DNA of 58,283 bases, counting the filler, from Catajapyx aquilonaris (taxonomy: Eukaryota): the NCBI GenBank assembly GCA_000934665.2. It is 2 parts of 2 records of this genome, joined end to end, with 100 filler letters (N's around TTAATTAATTAA, not from the genome) between each part and the next. Parts side by side here need not be neighbours in the genome. Positions count along the whole stretch, not along the records: positions 1 to 29,132 come from KZ539228.1; 1 more part is not named here. One strand, given 5' to 3'. The position numbers were made by a program, and so were the translations under genes. Positions 1 through 12,200 of the stretch are shown here, piece after piece. The notes under the pieces were generated by a model, which ran no database searches, was not told the DNA's origin, and saw only the letters and a program-made list of their open reading frames with translations. How positions within the stretch are numbered: position 1 is the first letter of the stretch; every line of letters starts with the position of its first letter.

Positions 1-794
1 GTATGGATCCGCAAGGAATTCCGTACAGGCCTCAACAGTGAACATTCATTTGGACTGTGACTAGGAACGAATAGAGGAATGAATATAAAAATAAAAAAGT
101 AGGCTACATGTTTCTCTATTGTCAATAATCAAGCATATTTTAACACACACTTGACACTTGTGAAAATTGAAACTGTGTTGAACATGACAAGGGAATTTTC
201 ATTTATTCTTACTATTCTATGGTAATTTTTTTTGAACTATATTATTAAGTGAATTAAACACAAAGGACAAGCGTACACTACCTGAGACATGAAGACGGAC
301 CTAGGTGGGCCGCTCATTTTCATTCAGCGGAGTGGCCACTAGCGCAGCGCTCCACGTCAGTGCCTATAGCTCCGTAACCATTTCGTATTCCAAAATTCCG
401 TTTGTACCACTGATAGAGGACACTTCAAGGTGCATTTTGATATCAATGCGATGACATTTGATTTTGGCACTTTTTTGAAAAAGTAATTTGTTTGCAAAAA
501 TGTCGATTTGTGACATGAATTTGCACAGCTATCGGAAAGTGACTATTTTCGTCGGAAAGAGGAGACAATTTCACACATGAAACATGTATTACATCATGCA
601 TTTACGTTGTCATGTAAATGTAATAAGGGGGCGCCTCTAACTGTGATCCAAGTGCAATTAGCGCCTGTAGATAGGCAACCACGCATCGACAGACCAAATC
701 CTTATGGGAAAGGTCATAACTTGAGATGGACTCAAACATATCTCACACTCATCGACGGGCAAATTTTTTCGTGCAAAAGGTGGCCGCGTTCACG

Positions 795-961
795 TGGAAT
801 TCCCCCCGGGTGGATTAGTCCAGCAGAAATTTTCCACCCAAGACGAAGACAGAGATGGCCCAACTCTGCACGAGATGAAGGGGGGAACCCTGGGCTGGGA
901 TCGAACCCAGGACCTTAACATCCGTGGGTGTGTGAGTTACCGCAGCACCACTCCGCCTCCC
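795..961 (-). mobile_element. tRNA-derived SINE, 5' part (same family as 4041-4399)
   Basis: Reverse complement begins GGGAGGCGGAGTGGTGCTGCGGTAAC...GGGTTCGATCCCAGCCCAGGG (Pol III A/B-box-like) and aligns by eye with the + strand copy at 4041-4200 (TTCATCTCGTGCAGAGTTGGG, GACTAATCCACCCGGGGG). Confidence 0.75.
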
Positions 962-1351
962 TGCAGATGGAGGAGTTTAATATAGCATGCAAGAATTTTT
1001 ATCTTGATTTTTAAAGACATGATAGATGAAGCCAAATTTTTAGGACATTTCTTTCTTTAAAAGCATCATTTATTTAAGTCAATGCCTGCACAATACTGTC
1101 AGCACAGCACTGCTATTAAATGTTAATTTTTGTAAACAAGAGGCAATTCAAAATTGGGTCTCATTTATCATAGACATACAAATAAATATTTCTGCCTTTT
1201 CCAATCATTTCTTGCAGACCTTTGAAAATTAAAAAAATTGCAACAAAAAGTTGCAAGTTCACAACATTGTGTCTCGGTTGATTGTCACTTTTGCAATTCT
1301 AGCTTCAATTTACCACATTCACAGTCTCTGGCATTCTTTGAACCAAAAACT

Positions 1352-2423
1352 TCAAGCCCAGGGAAAAAAGGTGCCCTGCAAAATAATATGCTCCCTTATT
1401 TGTTGCCATTTTTTACCCTGGTATCCAGTCTGTCATAAACAAGTCTCGCAATCAGTATAGAGCAATGCCATAGAAAAGTTGTGTTAAAAGACAACCTGTG
1501 ATCGTGTGATGCGATTGGGCACAGTATAATCCTCACTAGTGATGATTGTGGCTCTTCTCCTGGGTTTTGTTGGATTTCTTTTTACAGCAACTTTGGCAGT
1601 TGGCATCAAAAATTCAGCAGCATATGAACTCCACTGGAAAAGGAGGGAACATTAGTATTCACAAACCCAAGGTTCAGTGATCAGTCTAGTGACCCTTTGT
1701 TAATAAGTAAAAGCCTGTTTATTTTATTTCTGAAATTCCACTGGAGTAAACGCTCTTTCCTTTATAAGTTTCCTTAGAATTAGAAAAATACAATCTTGTA
1801 GCACTTTCCTTGTCCTAGTCCTTCGGATCAGCCAATCAGTGCAAGCCACTCCAGGCAATAATGCCCACGTGATTGGCATCTGAAGGACTAGGGGAGGGCT
1901 ATTCAATTGGCGGACCGCGGTCCGGATCTGTACCGCGACGCAATTTTGTCCGGACCGTGATGATACACAGGACAGTTTGAAATGGCATTAGAAATTATTA
2001 CTAATTCATTATTTTTTGGAAAAAGTGCTACCAATTTCATCAAATATACACCCATTCAAATCTCCCACATTCACCTTTAAGCTCGTGTGACATTTTATCC
2101 ACAAAAAATTTCGCCTGCAGTGGGCTTGCTCCCCGCCCTTTACGGCTTGTTCACCTTGTGCTTATGAAATGAGCCCACCCTCTTAAATTTTTTCTGCCTA
2201 TGCGCCTGTACATGACATGATAAAGGGCGACAATGTCTTAATATGTCCTGCCTTGATAGGACCTGCTACCCTTGCTGCACATGTTTCTATTTTCAAAAAT
2301 TAACCCTGTGGTACCAGGGCCCATATTGCGACACCAGCTTACCTGGTCTGCCAGGGCCACGCTCTCTGCTTGCGTGTCCCTGCTCCTGAGTCTATTCGCT
2401 CGGAGTTGCTCGTAGAGCGACAT
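1352..2423 (-). CDS. Candidate small spliced protein of unknown function (~98 aa); exons 2423-2343, 1633-1496, 1429-1352
   Basis: AAAATG start, exon 1 MSLYEQLRANRLRSRDTQAESVALADQ ending at a strong CAG|GTAAGC donor; acceptor CCTCCTTTTCCAG| then an open phase-0 exon WSSYAAEFLMPTAKVAVKRNPTKPRRRATIITSEDYTVPNRITRSQ; 66-nt intron; TGYQGKKWQQIREHIILQGTFFPWA*. AATAAA on the - strand near 1070. Third exon uncertain; no recognised domain. Confidence 0.5.
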
Positions 2424-3363
2424 TTTAGATGGTAGAATTGAAGATACAGAGGATGGGGGCGAAGTGGGAAGGAAGAGAAGCGACGGCGAAGCCCGGGAGT
2501 CCAGCAGATGAAGAGGATGCAGCAAGTCCAGCAAGCTCAGAAGGGGCGACGCGCGACGCTTTCAATCTGACTCCGCGAACTCAATCAGGCGACCGAGGCG
2601 AGACCTCCACCTCCAGCCTATGCGCTCGTCCATCCAGCATGCAGCTTCGGAAAGAAGAGTACGTTAGCGGGCCAAGGCAAGGGTGGCCAGGTGCAGGGGT
2701 CACATTGGTTAGCACAATTTTCGTTTATTAAATAGTAAATGTCCCGAGTAAATATAAAGTTTAATTTTATGTACAAAATATTTGATTATTTTTTTCAAAT
2801 TTTTCTCCATCCCTCTGGTGGTGAAACAATTTAGGCCGCTTTTAGGCTTTTAGGCAGAGAAGATCATCAGTTGTAATCGTTGTAATAATTTAGTACTATG
2901 ACAATATACGTTGTCAAACAAAAATAAAAGTAACGTTGCTGAGCGTTGCGCATTCAAATTTTCTTGCAAATTTTGCTTTCAATGCCTGTACAAATATGGC
3001 CGCAGTTTCGTGATGTTTTTTTCCTTCTTTCTTCTTTCTCTGCGTCTGTTTCCGCCTGCGTAATTTGCGAAGTGTGGTTCTGCTTTGAATACTAGTTATC
3101 GAAAATTAGGAGGCCTCGTGTGCACCTCTTGTGTGGACCTACGCATCTCAGGTGCAGCAACACTCCGACAGCGCCAAAGGCACCAGATCGGCTGAAGGTA
3201 TATGCCTATCGCCTCTTGATTGTAACGTCACACAATCCACAAACAGTCACATGATCTGCAATCTAGAATACTCCTCTTCTTTTTGTTGAAGCAGCCAAGC
3301 TATCAGGTGACAAGCAGAAGCACTCGCATTCCTGACGGACAGCAGAAGTCAACTGGCCTCAAA

Positions 3364-5083
3364 ATGAGCAACCAAGCAGAGTATGACAAGCCCCCACCAT
3401 ATGCTCCAGGTAGAGTATTATGGATTTTCCAGTGATCCCCGTCCTAATGTGTTATTCCTCTTTAGCATCTGACATTTTATGAGTCTTGTAGACAAAAGTT
3501 GTTGCCGTATTATATGTCCCATTTTGGTTCATCACATTTGTCAGACCCAAGGGGATAACCACTATGTGGAACCGGTGGTGTACAGGGTCCCTGTGGAACC
3601 AGGCTGGAACCTGCTTGGAACCGGGTGGAACCATCTGGTTCCAGGAACTGGTGTACACTTTTTTGGGGAGTGGTTACCCCTTGGTCAGACCATATCCATA
3701 TAATTACACCAGCATGGCATGTGTGGTGACTGATGTTCTGGGCCTGGACTAATGAATGGGTGAAAATAGAGGTAGTCCCCGGTTTACGAACGACCCTACT
3801 TACCGTACTTAAGGGCAGGCTCCCAAGGCTCCCGGGGAGGAAAATTTATAATAATTCCTCCACTTTCAATCACTTCTACTTACGTTGACCAACACCAAGT
3901 TAGACATAAATACTGCATACTGCATAATTAATAAATAATTGGGAAACTACATTCTTTGTGCATGTAAACAGACACATGATGTTAGCTGTTCATTGGAGCA
4001 GATCTTGATGCTGTAAACATGCGCTGTTCCTCAGAGATCAGGGAGGCAGAGTGGCACTGCGGTAACATACGCGCGCACGGATGGAAGGGTCCCGGTTTCG
4101 ATCCCAGCCCAGGGTCTCCCCCGTTCATCTCGTGCAGAGTTGGGTCGTCTCTGGCTTCGTCTCGGGTGGAATCTCTGCTAGACTAATCCACCCGGGGGAG
4201 TTCACAAAATGTACCGTTACAAACATTGCACTTGCACCTTGCACATCCCCGCCTAGTCACCCTGCCAGCGGACTGAGGTGCTTTGCAAAAAGGTACCCAT
4301 ATGTACAATGTACACCAGGCCTAACAAATAAATAAAGGTTCGTGCAATACCTCCTGAGAAGGAAGTCTGCACTACCCAAATTATTATAATATTATTATTC
4401 CTGAGACATCCAAGTTACATACAAATCCGACTTACGGACATTTTCAGGAATGTAACCCCATTCATAGACTGGGGACTACCTGTAAGATGTTCAGTGCAAG
4501 TCATTTGCAAGTTATTGTTGCCATCAACAACTTGCACCATTTAAATTTTTTTTTGCACCTACCCTCAGATGTGCAGTGCAGTGCAGCTCTTAATTTGCTT
4601 TCTATCCAAATATCAGGATCATGTGTAGGTTTTGTGAGTGAAAATTATTTAAGAGAAACTAGTTAACAAACCATATCAGTAGCAGCAAAAAATAATGAAG
4701 ACATGTTCATTTTTCACAGTTGTTTCTTCTTTTTTTCCGCTTTAGTGTCGTATCAGATGCCAATTGGAGGAGGTGAGCCTCCCCCAACCTATGTGCAAGA
4801 GCCACTTCATGCTGCTCGAGGGCCACCGTTGGGCCCAAGTGCACGTTCCTACATTCAGCAGCCTTATGTCCCCAATTATGGGACCACAGTCACTGTCCAG
4901 CCTGTCCCAGTCACTGAGGTAATTGTTGTGGGAGGCTGCCCTGCCTGTCGGGTTGGAGTCCTGGAGGATGATTTCAGTTGCCTTGGGCTCCTCTGCGCCA
5001 TACTGTTTTTCCCAGTTGGCATCCTCTGCTGCCTTGCCATGCGTCAGAAAAGGTGTCCCAATTGTGGGGCCATTTTTGGATGA
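3364..5083 (+). CDS. BRI3: Brain protein I3 (BRI3) homolog, ~127 aa; exons 3364-3409, 4746-5083
   Basis: MSNQAEYDKPPPYAP exon with a G|GTAGAG donor joins in phase 1 to TTTAG|TG. The C-terminus VVGGCPACRVGVLEDDFSCLGLLCAILFFPVGILCCLAMRQKRCPNCGAIFG is the BRI3 signature (CxxC, hydrophobic segment, CxxC). AATAAA at ~5251 and ~5272. Confidence 0.93.
3769..4482. mobile_element. Tc1/mariner-pogo (Tigger-like) MITE in the BRI3 intron, interrupted by a SINE
   Basis: TA|GAGGTAGTCCCC ... GGGGACTACCTG|TA terminal inverted repeats with TA flanks. Confidence 0.7.
4041..4399 (+). mobile_element. Full-length tRNA-derived SINE with (TTA)n tail
   Basis: A-box-like TGGCACTGCGG, B-box-like GGTTTCGATCCC, body shared with the 795-961 copy, (TTA)n tail at 4381-4399. 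Confidence 0.75.
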
Positions 5084-6268
5084 TTGGTGCTCTACACACC
5101 TACAACTCCAAGGAGGTTCCAGTTTTTGACATGTTCTTTGCAAATCATGTTTATGTGCATTCCTATTGTTTTTATATACAAATGTACACTGAGCACAAGT
5201 GAGATAAATCAGGGTATGATAAAGGAACTAGGTATATTACATGTGTTTATAATAAAAAGTGTTTGGACTGTAATAAAGTGTATGTATAATTTGCTGGATG
5301 TTTTTGGTTCATTGTGAAGGGAAAGTAGTGGAGAGTAAATACCAATATATTGAAAGAAGACAGTCGTGATGTTCAATGAGATAATGTGCGACAGTGGAGT
5401 GTGGCTGAATCCCTCAGAGGCTCAGACCACCTAGAATGCAACTCCTAGCAGTATAACTACTAAGGAACTCCAGTTCAACACAACGAGCCTGTATAACTTT
5501 CCAATGATGATAATTGCTGCAATTTTTTTTTTGGCACATGCAGTTTGGAAATCTCCATAAAAGTGACATTTCAGATATATCTTACCTGGAGCAAAGTTTG
5601 AGCATGCTGTTCCAACCATAGATATTAAAGCCACCTTTAATAATTATGTATGGTTCCAACCAAAGGTGCCAGTATGTGCAAGGTTCTTGCATGATTCGCA
5701 GACACCAGTACCATGAATATTTGGTATAAGTTCAGGTCACTCATTTACTGAATTTCCCTTAATAATGTACAAAAATCCCATGCCCAGTGATGAACATGAA
5801 CTTGTTGTTCACTGCTGAACGTAAGTATCGATCATTTTCACTTGGCATTCCAGGCATTTACTGCACATCCCACATCCGTGAATGCTCACAGAACATTCGT
5901 GTGTTACTGAGAGCATACTGAGGGAGGGTGACTCATTAGGAATGCCGAATGCAATATAATTATGCATTTCCTCATTCGCAGCAATGCCCGCCACTAAGCG
6001 GGTTTGTTAAGCAGCCAAAGGGAACTGCTTAGGTTCTGAACGCGCCCTCTGCTACTACGTCACCCACTCAGTTACTAGGCCTCCCGTCCGTCTGATCGCA
6101 CCTCAAACTTTGGAACGTTCGTCGGCCATCTTTTCATTCATCATCGGTGGAGCGATTGTTAAGTCGTCTGCGTCTCGCCTTCTTTTTTCAGCCCAGTTGT
6201 TTCAGGATTCGTTTTCAAGCTTAGGTGAAGCTTTCTCGCGTGTGTGTGTGTTGGACAGAAGGAGGGCA

Positions 6269-9200
6269 ATGTCCCACCCGTGGCAGTCCTTCGCTGCAGC
6301 CCCGTACGCCAACATGGGCCCTATGTTCCCTCCTCCGTACCCACCGCCCTACGGCAGCCCGATGGGCTACGGGCCGCCCCCTACTCAGATGAGGCATCCA
6401 GGATACGGATACTACGCGCAGGTGAATATGGGCTGTTGTGTGTGTGAAGGATAGGGAGAAATTTAGTGGTAAGATCTTGATTGTTGTCAAGGGTAGGCTA
6501 TAGCAAAGAGAATGGTGTTCGGAAATTTGTAGGGATGGAATTCAGGGAAATTAAGCAAGTACTTTTACGTTTCCTGATGCCTATTTTCTGGAATGGCCTT
6601 CCCGTCTGTTATTTCATGGAGATACTGTCATGCAGCAATGGACATCTGAAAATGTACTTCTGGAATTGGTTTGTAGTTGACACTGTTTATTCCATTTGCT
6701 GCATAATGGCTGTTCCATGGAAATTTGAAAAGGGAGAGGTTAACTATGACAAAGCGGATGGCTGCTCCAGAAAATGCCCATGGTGGCAATGAGTAAATGG
6801 AAAAGTACCAAAAACATCAATGCATTTCACTGTAAATATAGCTAGTGCCCTGTGCCGACTTTTTGTGAGGTATCAGCAAGTCATTTTTGGGGGGGTGAGA
6901 AAATAACTCAGAAGTGACCATGTCTGCATTGTTCTGCTGTGTAATTTGCATGTAGTAGCCTGCACATTTGATAATGAACTTACATGAATGAATTTGCATT
7001 TTTTGTTTCTGTTCAGTTGGGATATGAGTACTCAACTCCCCCACCGCCAGGAATGATGGATGGAGTTAGAGGGGGAGGAGCAGGTGGTGGAGGGGGGGAG
7101 CCGGGAGGAGAGGCATCGGACCTTACCCCTTCTGCAAGCCCTTCCTCTCATCTTCATCCCCCTCCACCAGGTGATGATGCTTACCAGCCACCTCTTCCTC
7201 CTCTCCCTACTGTTGATCAGACTCCACCCCCACCACCACCTCCTCCTCCGCAGACACAAGACCAGCAACAGGCTTACTACAACAACAACCGCTTTCGTAA
7301 GTAGTGCTCACCTAACATTAGTCTTTCTAGCTTGCTTCCTAGTAGAGAAAGATGGTGAAACCACTAGGCCTGCGAAGGTAACTGCATCCCATATAATAGT
7401 CCACTATAGTCCCCGCGGTACAATGAAAATATCAGCAGAAAACTTCATTTTGTGAAAGAAGCAATCCACTTTGCACACTTGTTCCTTAGACCTATTTGGT
7501 TGATTTGGCCCGTAGTTCCTTTCATTTCATCCCTTAGTACCCGCAAATTTGGGGGTTGGGTGGGAGAGGGGTGAAGTTTTCACAAAAAAAAAAAAAAATG
7601 CAAAATTGTTTTAAAATTGCTGATATGTGGACAATGTGGTCTTGGTGTCTATTTCGCATGAATCAGACCTGCCGAATACGATGACGCTGTTTAAAATGAC
7701 ATCAGAGCAACGGAAGTGACGTCATATAGTTCATTTAAAAAAATGGCCAATGCGTTCGAACTGACCCATACCGATGTGTAGGGTGTTGTTTTCAACTTTT
7801 TTGAGGTCGCTGAGTCACCCTGAGAATGCTATATAACATGATAGAAGGCATGCCAAATTGTCTACACCGCCCTTCGATGGGTGATGGCGGGACGACTAGA
7901 GTCGGACTACCGCAAATCCTGTCAAAATTTTGTTGGGTTATGCGTTGAGGTCATTACTGAAGGAAGGCGAAGTAAGGGCACTGTACTGCAGTTGACAGAA
8001 TGGCCTGTAGGTTTATTAATTGTCTTGGTCCTCCAAATTATGCCCATTCAGTTGATGGGATGCTCCAAGTTTCCGTGACTTTCAGCATCCTCCGGCATTC
8101 GCCTGCTGCTGGAGGAGAAATATGAGTATCAAAGGCAATGCAGTATTGATCAGTCCTGGCATTTGCATTAGGAAAAAGGGTGTAAATTACCTTTCATTAC
8201 TGCATTCACCCTTGCAACTCCTGCAGGCCAGAGTGCAAGGTAGCAGGTACCTGCGATAGCAGCAGTGCAGGGCTTCCCATCCTGTGATCCAGGCGCACTT
8301 GTCGAGTGATCTACAAGCGGCCCATACATCAGGTTGCAAACTCCAGACTGGTATCCACGCATCTTTGCCTTTCTTCCACCCCCAAAGATCTGGGGAGGTA
8401 GGGTGTTCAGATTCAATGTCAATGGCTCTGCCCCAGATATGTCCAGCGTGATATGCAGCTCTCTTCAGGTGCTGTACTAGTTCTGCTCGTGTCGGGTGTA
8501 TAGCACCTGTGTGTTTACTCTGAGAGGCAAACAATTGCTTCCGTGAGTCTTTCACACCACTGCAGCCACCCTCGTAAGCTCTGTACACCTGTACAACGTA
8601 CAGCTCTATGCGTGTGGCTGCAGTGACGTGAACGACGCATGGAAGAAATTGTTTGCCTCTCAGAGTAAACACATAGGTGCTATACCCCCAACACGAGCAG
8701 TACTAGTACAGCACCCAAAGAGAGCTGCGTATCAGGCTGGACATATCTGTGGCAGAGCCATTGACATTGAATCTGAACACCCTACCTCCCCAGATCTTTG
8801 GGGGTGGAAGAAAGGCAAAGATGTGTGGATACCAGTCTGGAGTTTGAAACCTGATGTATGGGCCACTTGTAGATCACTCGACAAGTGTGCCGGTACCACA
8901 GGATGGGAAACCCTGCGCTGCTGCTGCCGCAGGTACCTGCTACCTTGCACTCTGGCCGGCAGGAGTTGCAAGGGTGAATGCAGTAATGAAGGGTAATTTA
9001 CAACTTTTTTCCTAATGCAAATGCCAGGACTGATCAATACTGCATTGCCTTTGATACTCATATTTCTCCTCCAGCAGCAGGCGCACGCCAGAGGATGCTG
9101 CAAGTCACGGAGACTTGAGCATCCAATCAACTGAATGAGCATAATTTGGAGGACCAAGACGATTAAGAAACCTACAGGCCATTCTGTCAACTACAGTACA

Positions 9201-12200
9201 GTACCATTTCTTCAGCAATGACCTCAACGTATAACCCAACAAAATTTTGACAGGATTTGCCATCGTCGCGCTCTATTCGTCCCACCACCCACTGCAGCAT
9301 TCGATGGACTCTGACACAGGCCATTTTCTATCTGCATATGTCAATTCTGGACACAAACAGGCTCAGATGTGCTAAATAAGGTCATTTCTCGTGAATATTC
9401 TCATGGAAGATAAGCCAGCTTGATCACATATGCTTTGACATTAAATAAAATATTAATTCTTTTGGCTTCCTCCTTTCAGAGCCAAGTCCTGTTCGCTTTA
9501 ACCTGAACAATCACCGTCGCCCTGGATTAGGCTACAACAATGCTTTGCAGCAGCAGCAGCAACAGGGTAGTTCAGACCTTGGTAGCCTTGCTAATAGTAT
9601 ACCCAACAATTCCCCAAATATGTTTGGGAAACGCAATCGACGTAACCGTAACAAAGGAAAGCAGCAGCAGCAGCAGCAGCAGCAGCTTCTCTTTCAGAAC
9701 AACTTTCATCCTTACATCCAGCAACAAGAAGCCAGTGTTGGGCTTGCTACCCAAAGTGTCAACAGTACTCCAACAGTTGAGTCTCCATCAGCCCCTGAAA
9801 CAATTTCCCCTTCAGATGCATCAGAATCAGATGCAAACACACATGCAAAAGAGCTGATGTCCAGTTCTAGTGTTGCCAACTTCATGTCAGATTTGCCACA
9901 GGGTTCAACGTGAGTACCTAGGTTATTTTATAGCCACATTGAAATCTGTTATATTTTCATAAAAGTGGGTAGGAATACTTCAAGCACACCTACCTTTGCT
10001 ACTCCAGTTGAAGGAATTAACTTGCATGCAATTATTGCAGAGTAGAAATGTGAATTTCAAAACTGATGCCACAATGACAGCTGTGTTATTCAGCAATGCT
10101 GCCAGTGCCGGATTTACCCCCTCGGCCGCCCCTAGGCAGTTGAGATCCTCCCCTCCCCCTCCCCCCAATGCCGCTTAAATTTTTTTTTTAAATTTTTTTT
10201 TGGTCGAGTTCTCTCCTTCATTTCATTTTATTTTATACCAATTTTATATTCCAACTCTTTAAACTTATGGCCGCCCCCGGATGGCGGCTGCCCTTAGGCT
10301 TTTCTGCCTAGTGGCATATCCGCCAATGGGAACCCCCTGACGAAATGTTTGAAATTTTTAAATGGTTTTGCCTTTATTTCTTATTATTGTAGCCTATTTG
10401 AAAAATATTTATTGCAACTTGTGGCCACCCCTAGGCAATTTCCTACTCTGCCCAATGGTAAATCCGGCGCTGCTTCCAGTCGCGTAATTATTTATTATTA
10501 ATATTTCGTTTACTTTTTTGTATGCCTAAATTAGCCGCCCCTTGAAATCTGCTGCCTTGCCGTAAAACTGGCTCTGATGCTACTGCTGTTTGGGTTAACA
10601 GACATTGTGTAATCTTAATGCCACTAGGTGAGAGGGCCATGTGGTGACATTCGACAATATCAACAATGATGAATCAAAAAATTAGATAAGGTGAAGTGGG
10701 GGAAGTGCACACACGGGGTAAGTGCATATATTGTGCCGCCATATTGGAATGAAAATGGCTGACGACACCAAAACGCGTCAGCTATGTAGCTGCACAGTGC
10801 AGCTACATAGCTGACGCGTTTTGGTGTCATTCCAATATGGCGGCACAATATATGCACTTACCCCGTGTGTGCACTTCCCCCACTTCACCTTACTAGTTAT
10901 ATCTGTACCTAATTTCCATTATTGGTACTCTTTGTTACCTGAGAGGTAACAAAGAGTATCAATAATGGAATTTAGGTAGTTTGCACATGGCAGGACTAGC
11001 TTTAAATCCAGAGAGTACCATTGTTATTAATTAATTATTGGGCAACAACTCTTTACAATACAACCCCAGGGTTTGATGAGAGACTTGCAATTGTACAACC
11101 TGGTCTTGGAATGCTGTAAATTAACTGGAGTAATTCTGGCAGCCTCACTTGCCAGACCTACAGCAAAATGTAACCAATCTCTCTCTCATGAACTGACATA
11201 CAGTCATACACAGTCATACATGTAAGTGGGAAAAGTGTGTTCCTTGGGGTGGGATACTCCCATCAGGTGGGGAGATCCAGAGATGAGAATGACTACTCTC
11301 AGGTGCAGGTTCAACACTTATTGCTCTCCACAATGTGCTCATTGCAACAACCACTGGGACTGAGCCCAGCTCCTATATATACATAATAATTATGTATATA
11401 TAGGAGAGGGTAAACATAATTATTATGTTTACCCTCTCACTGGTAATTGGCAATCAAGAAAAGAACCCACGTCCCCAAGTGTTCTATCTCCCAGAAAGGT
11501 CCTTTCACTTTCATGATTGGTCATTCAGACCCTTAGGAAGCAATTTTTCATTTGTAAATGAGCCACCCCTAGAAATTAAACAGTCTTGGCTCTACCACCC
11601 CTCGGGTCTTACAACAGAGATGGGGAGGGGCAGGGAGGGGGATCTTCTGAGAATCATAGGGTCGAATTGCTGGAAGAGTTGCTGCAAGGAACCTGAAGCA
11701 CTACAATATTTACATGTTTTTTCCAGTTTTGACTTCCCACAATCCCTAGAGGACTACGTACACCGCTGTTTTGCACGCTGTAAAGCAGCAGTGGACAAGG
11801 ACCAAGTGCAGATTGTTCTTAAGGGGAAGATAATTCAGGCAGTCAACAAGGGGAATATACATGAAAAAGACTGGAGTAATGAGCCACTACCAAGGTCAGT
11901 GGGTTTTCACGGATCATTTGATGTAGCTTATTCATAATCATAAGGTAGAAGCTAATTTTATTTCGGAAAGGTTTCACCAACCCTCATAACTGATAGTTGA
12001 GTGCTTGGTTAACCAACCTCATTGCTGCTGTGTAGAGCACTGTAGACCTTGGTTGGAGATACTGCATTAAACCGACATTTTTAAATGGCAACTATTGGTT
12101 AGGGAGCAGTATTGCCAGATTCAGTTTCTGCAATGACCATCTACAATTCTAGTGTTAAAAGTAAAGGCACTGCTGATTCCTCCCTTTTGTGCCTACTCCC

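Noticed and set aside
8187..8996. A pair of divergent Cys-rich protein genes
   Set aside because: Mirror-image fragments of a transposase C-terminus with non-ATG starts and degraded Cys motifs, not host genes.
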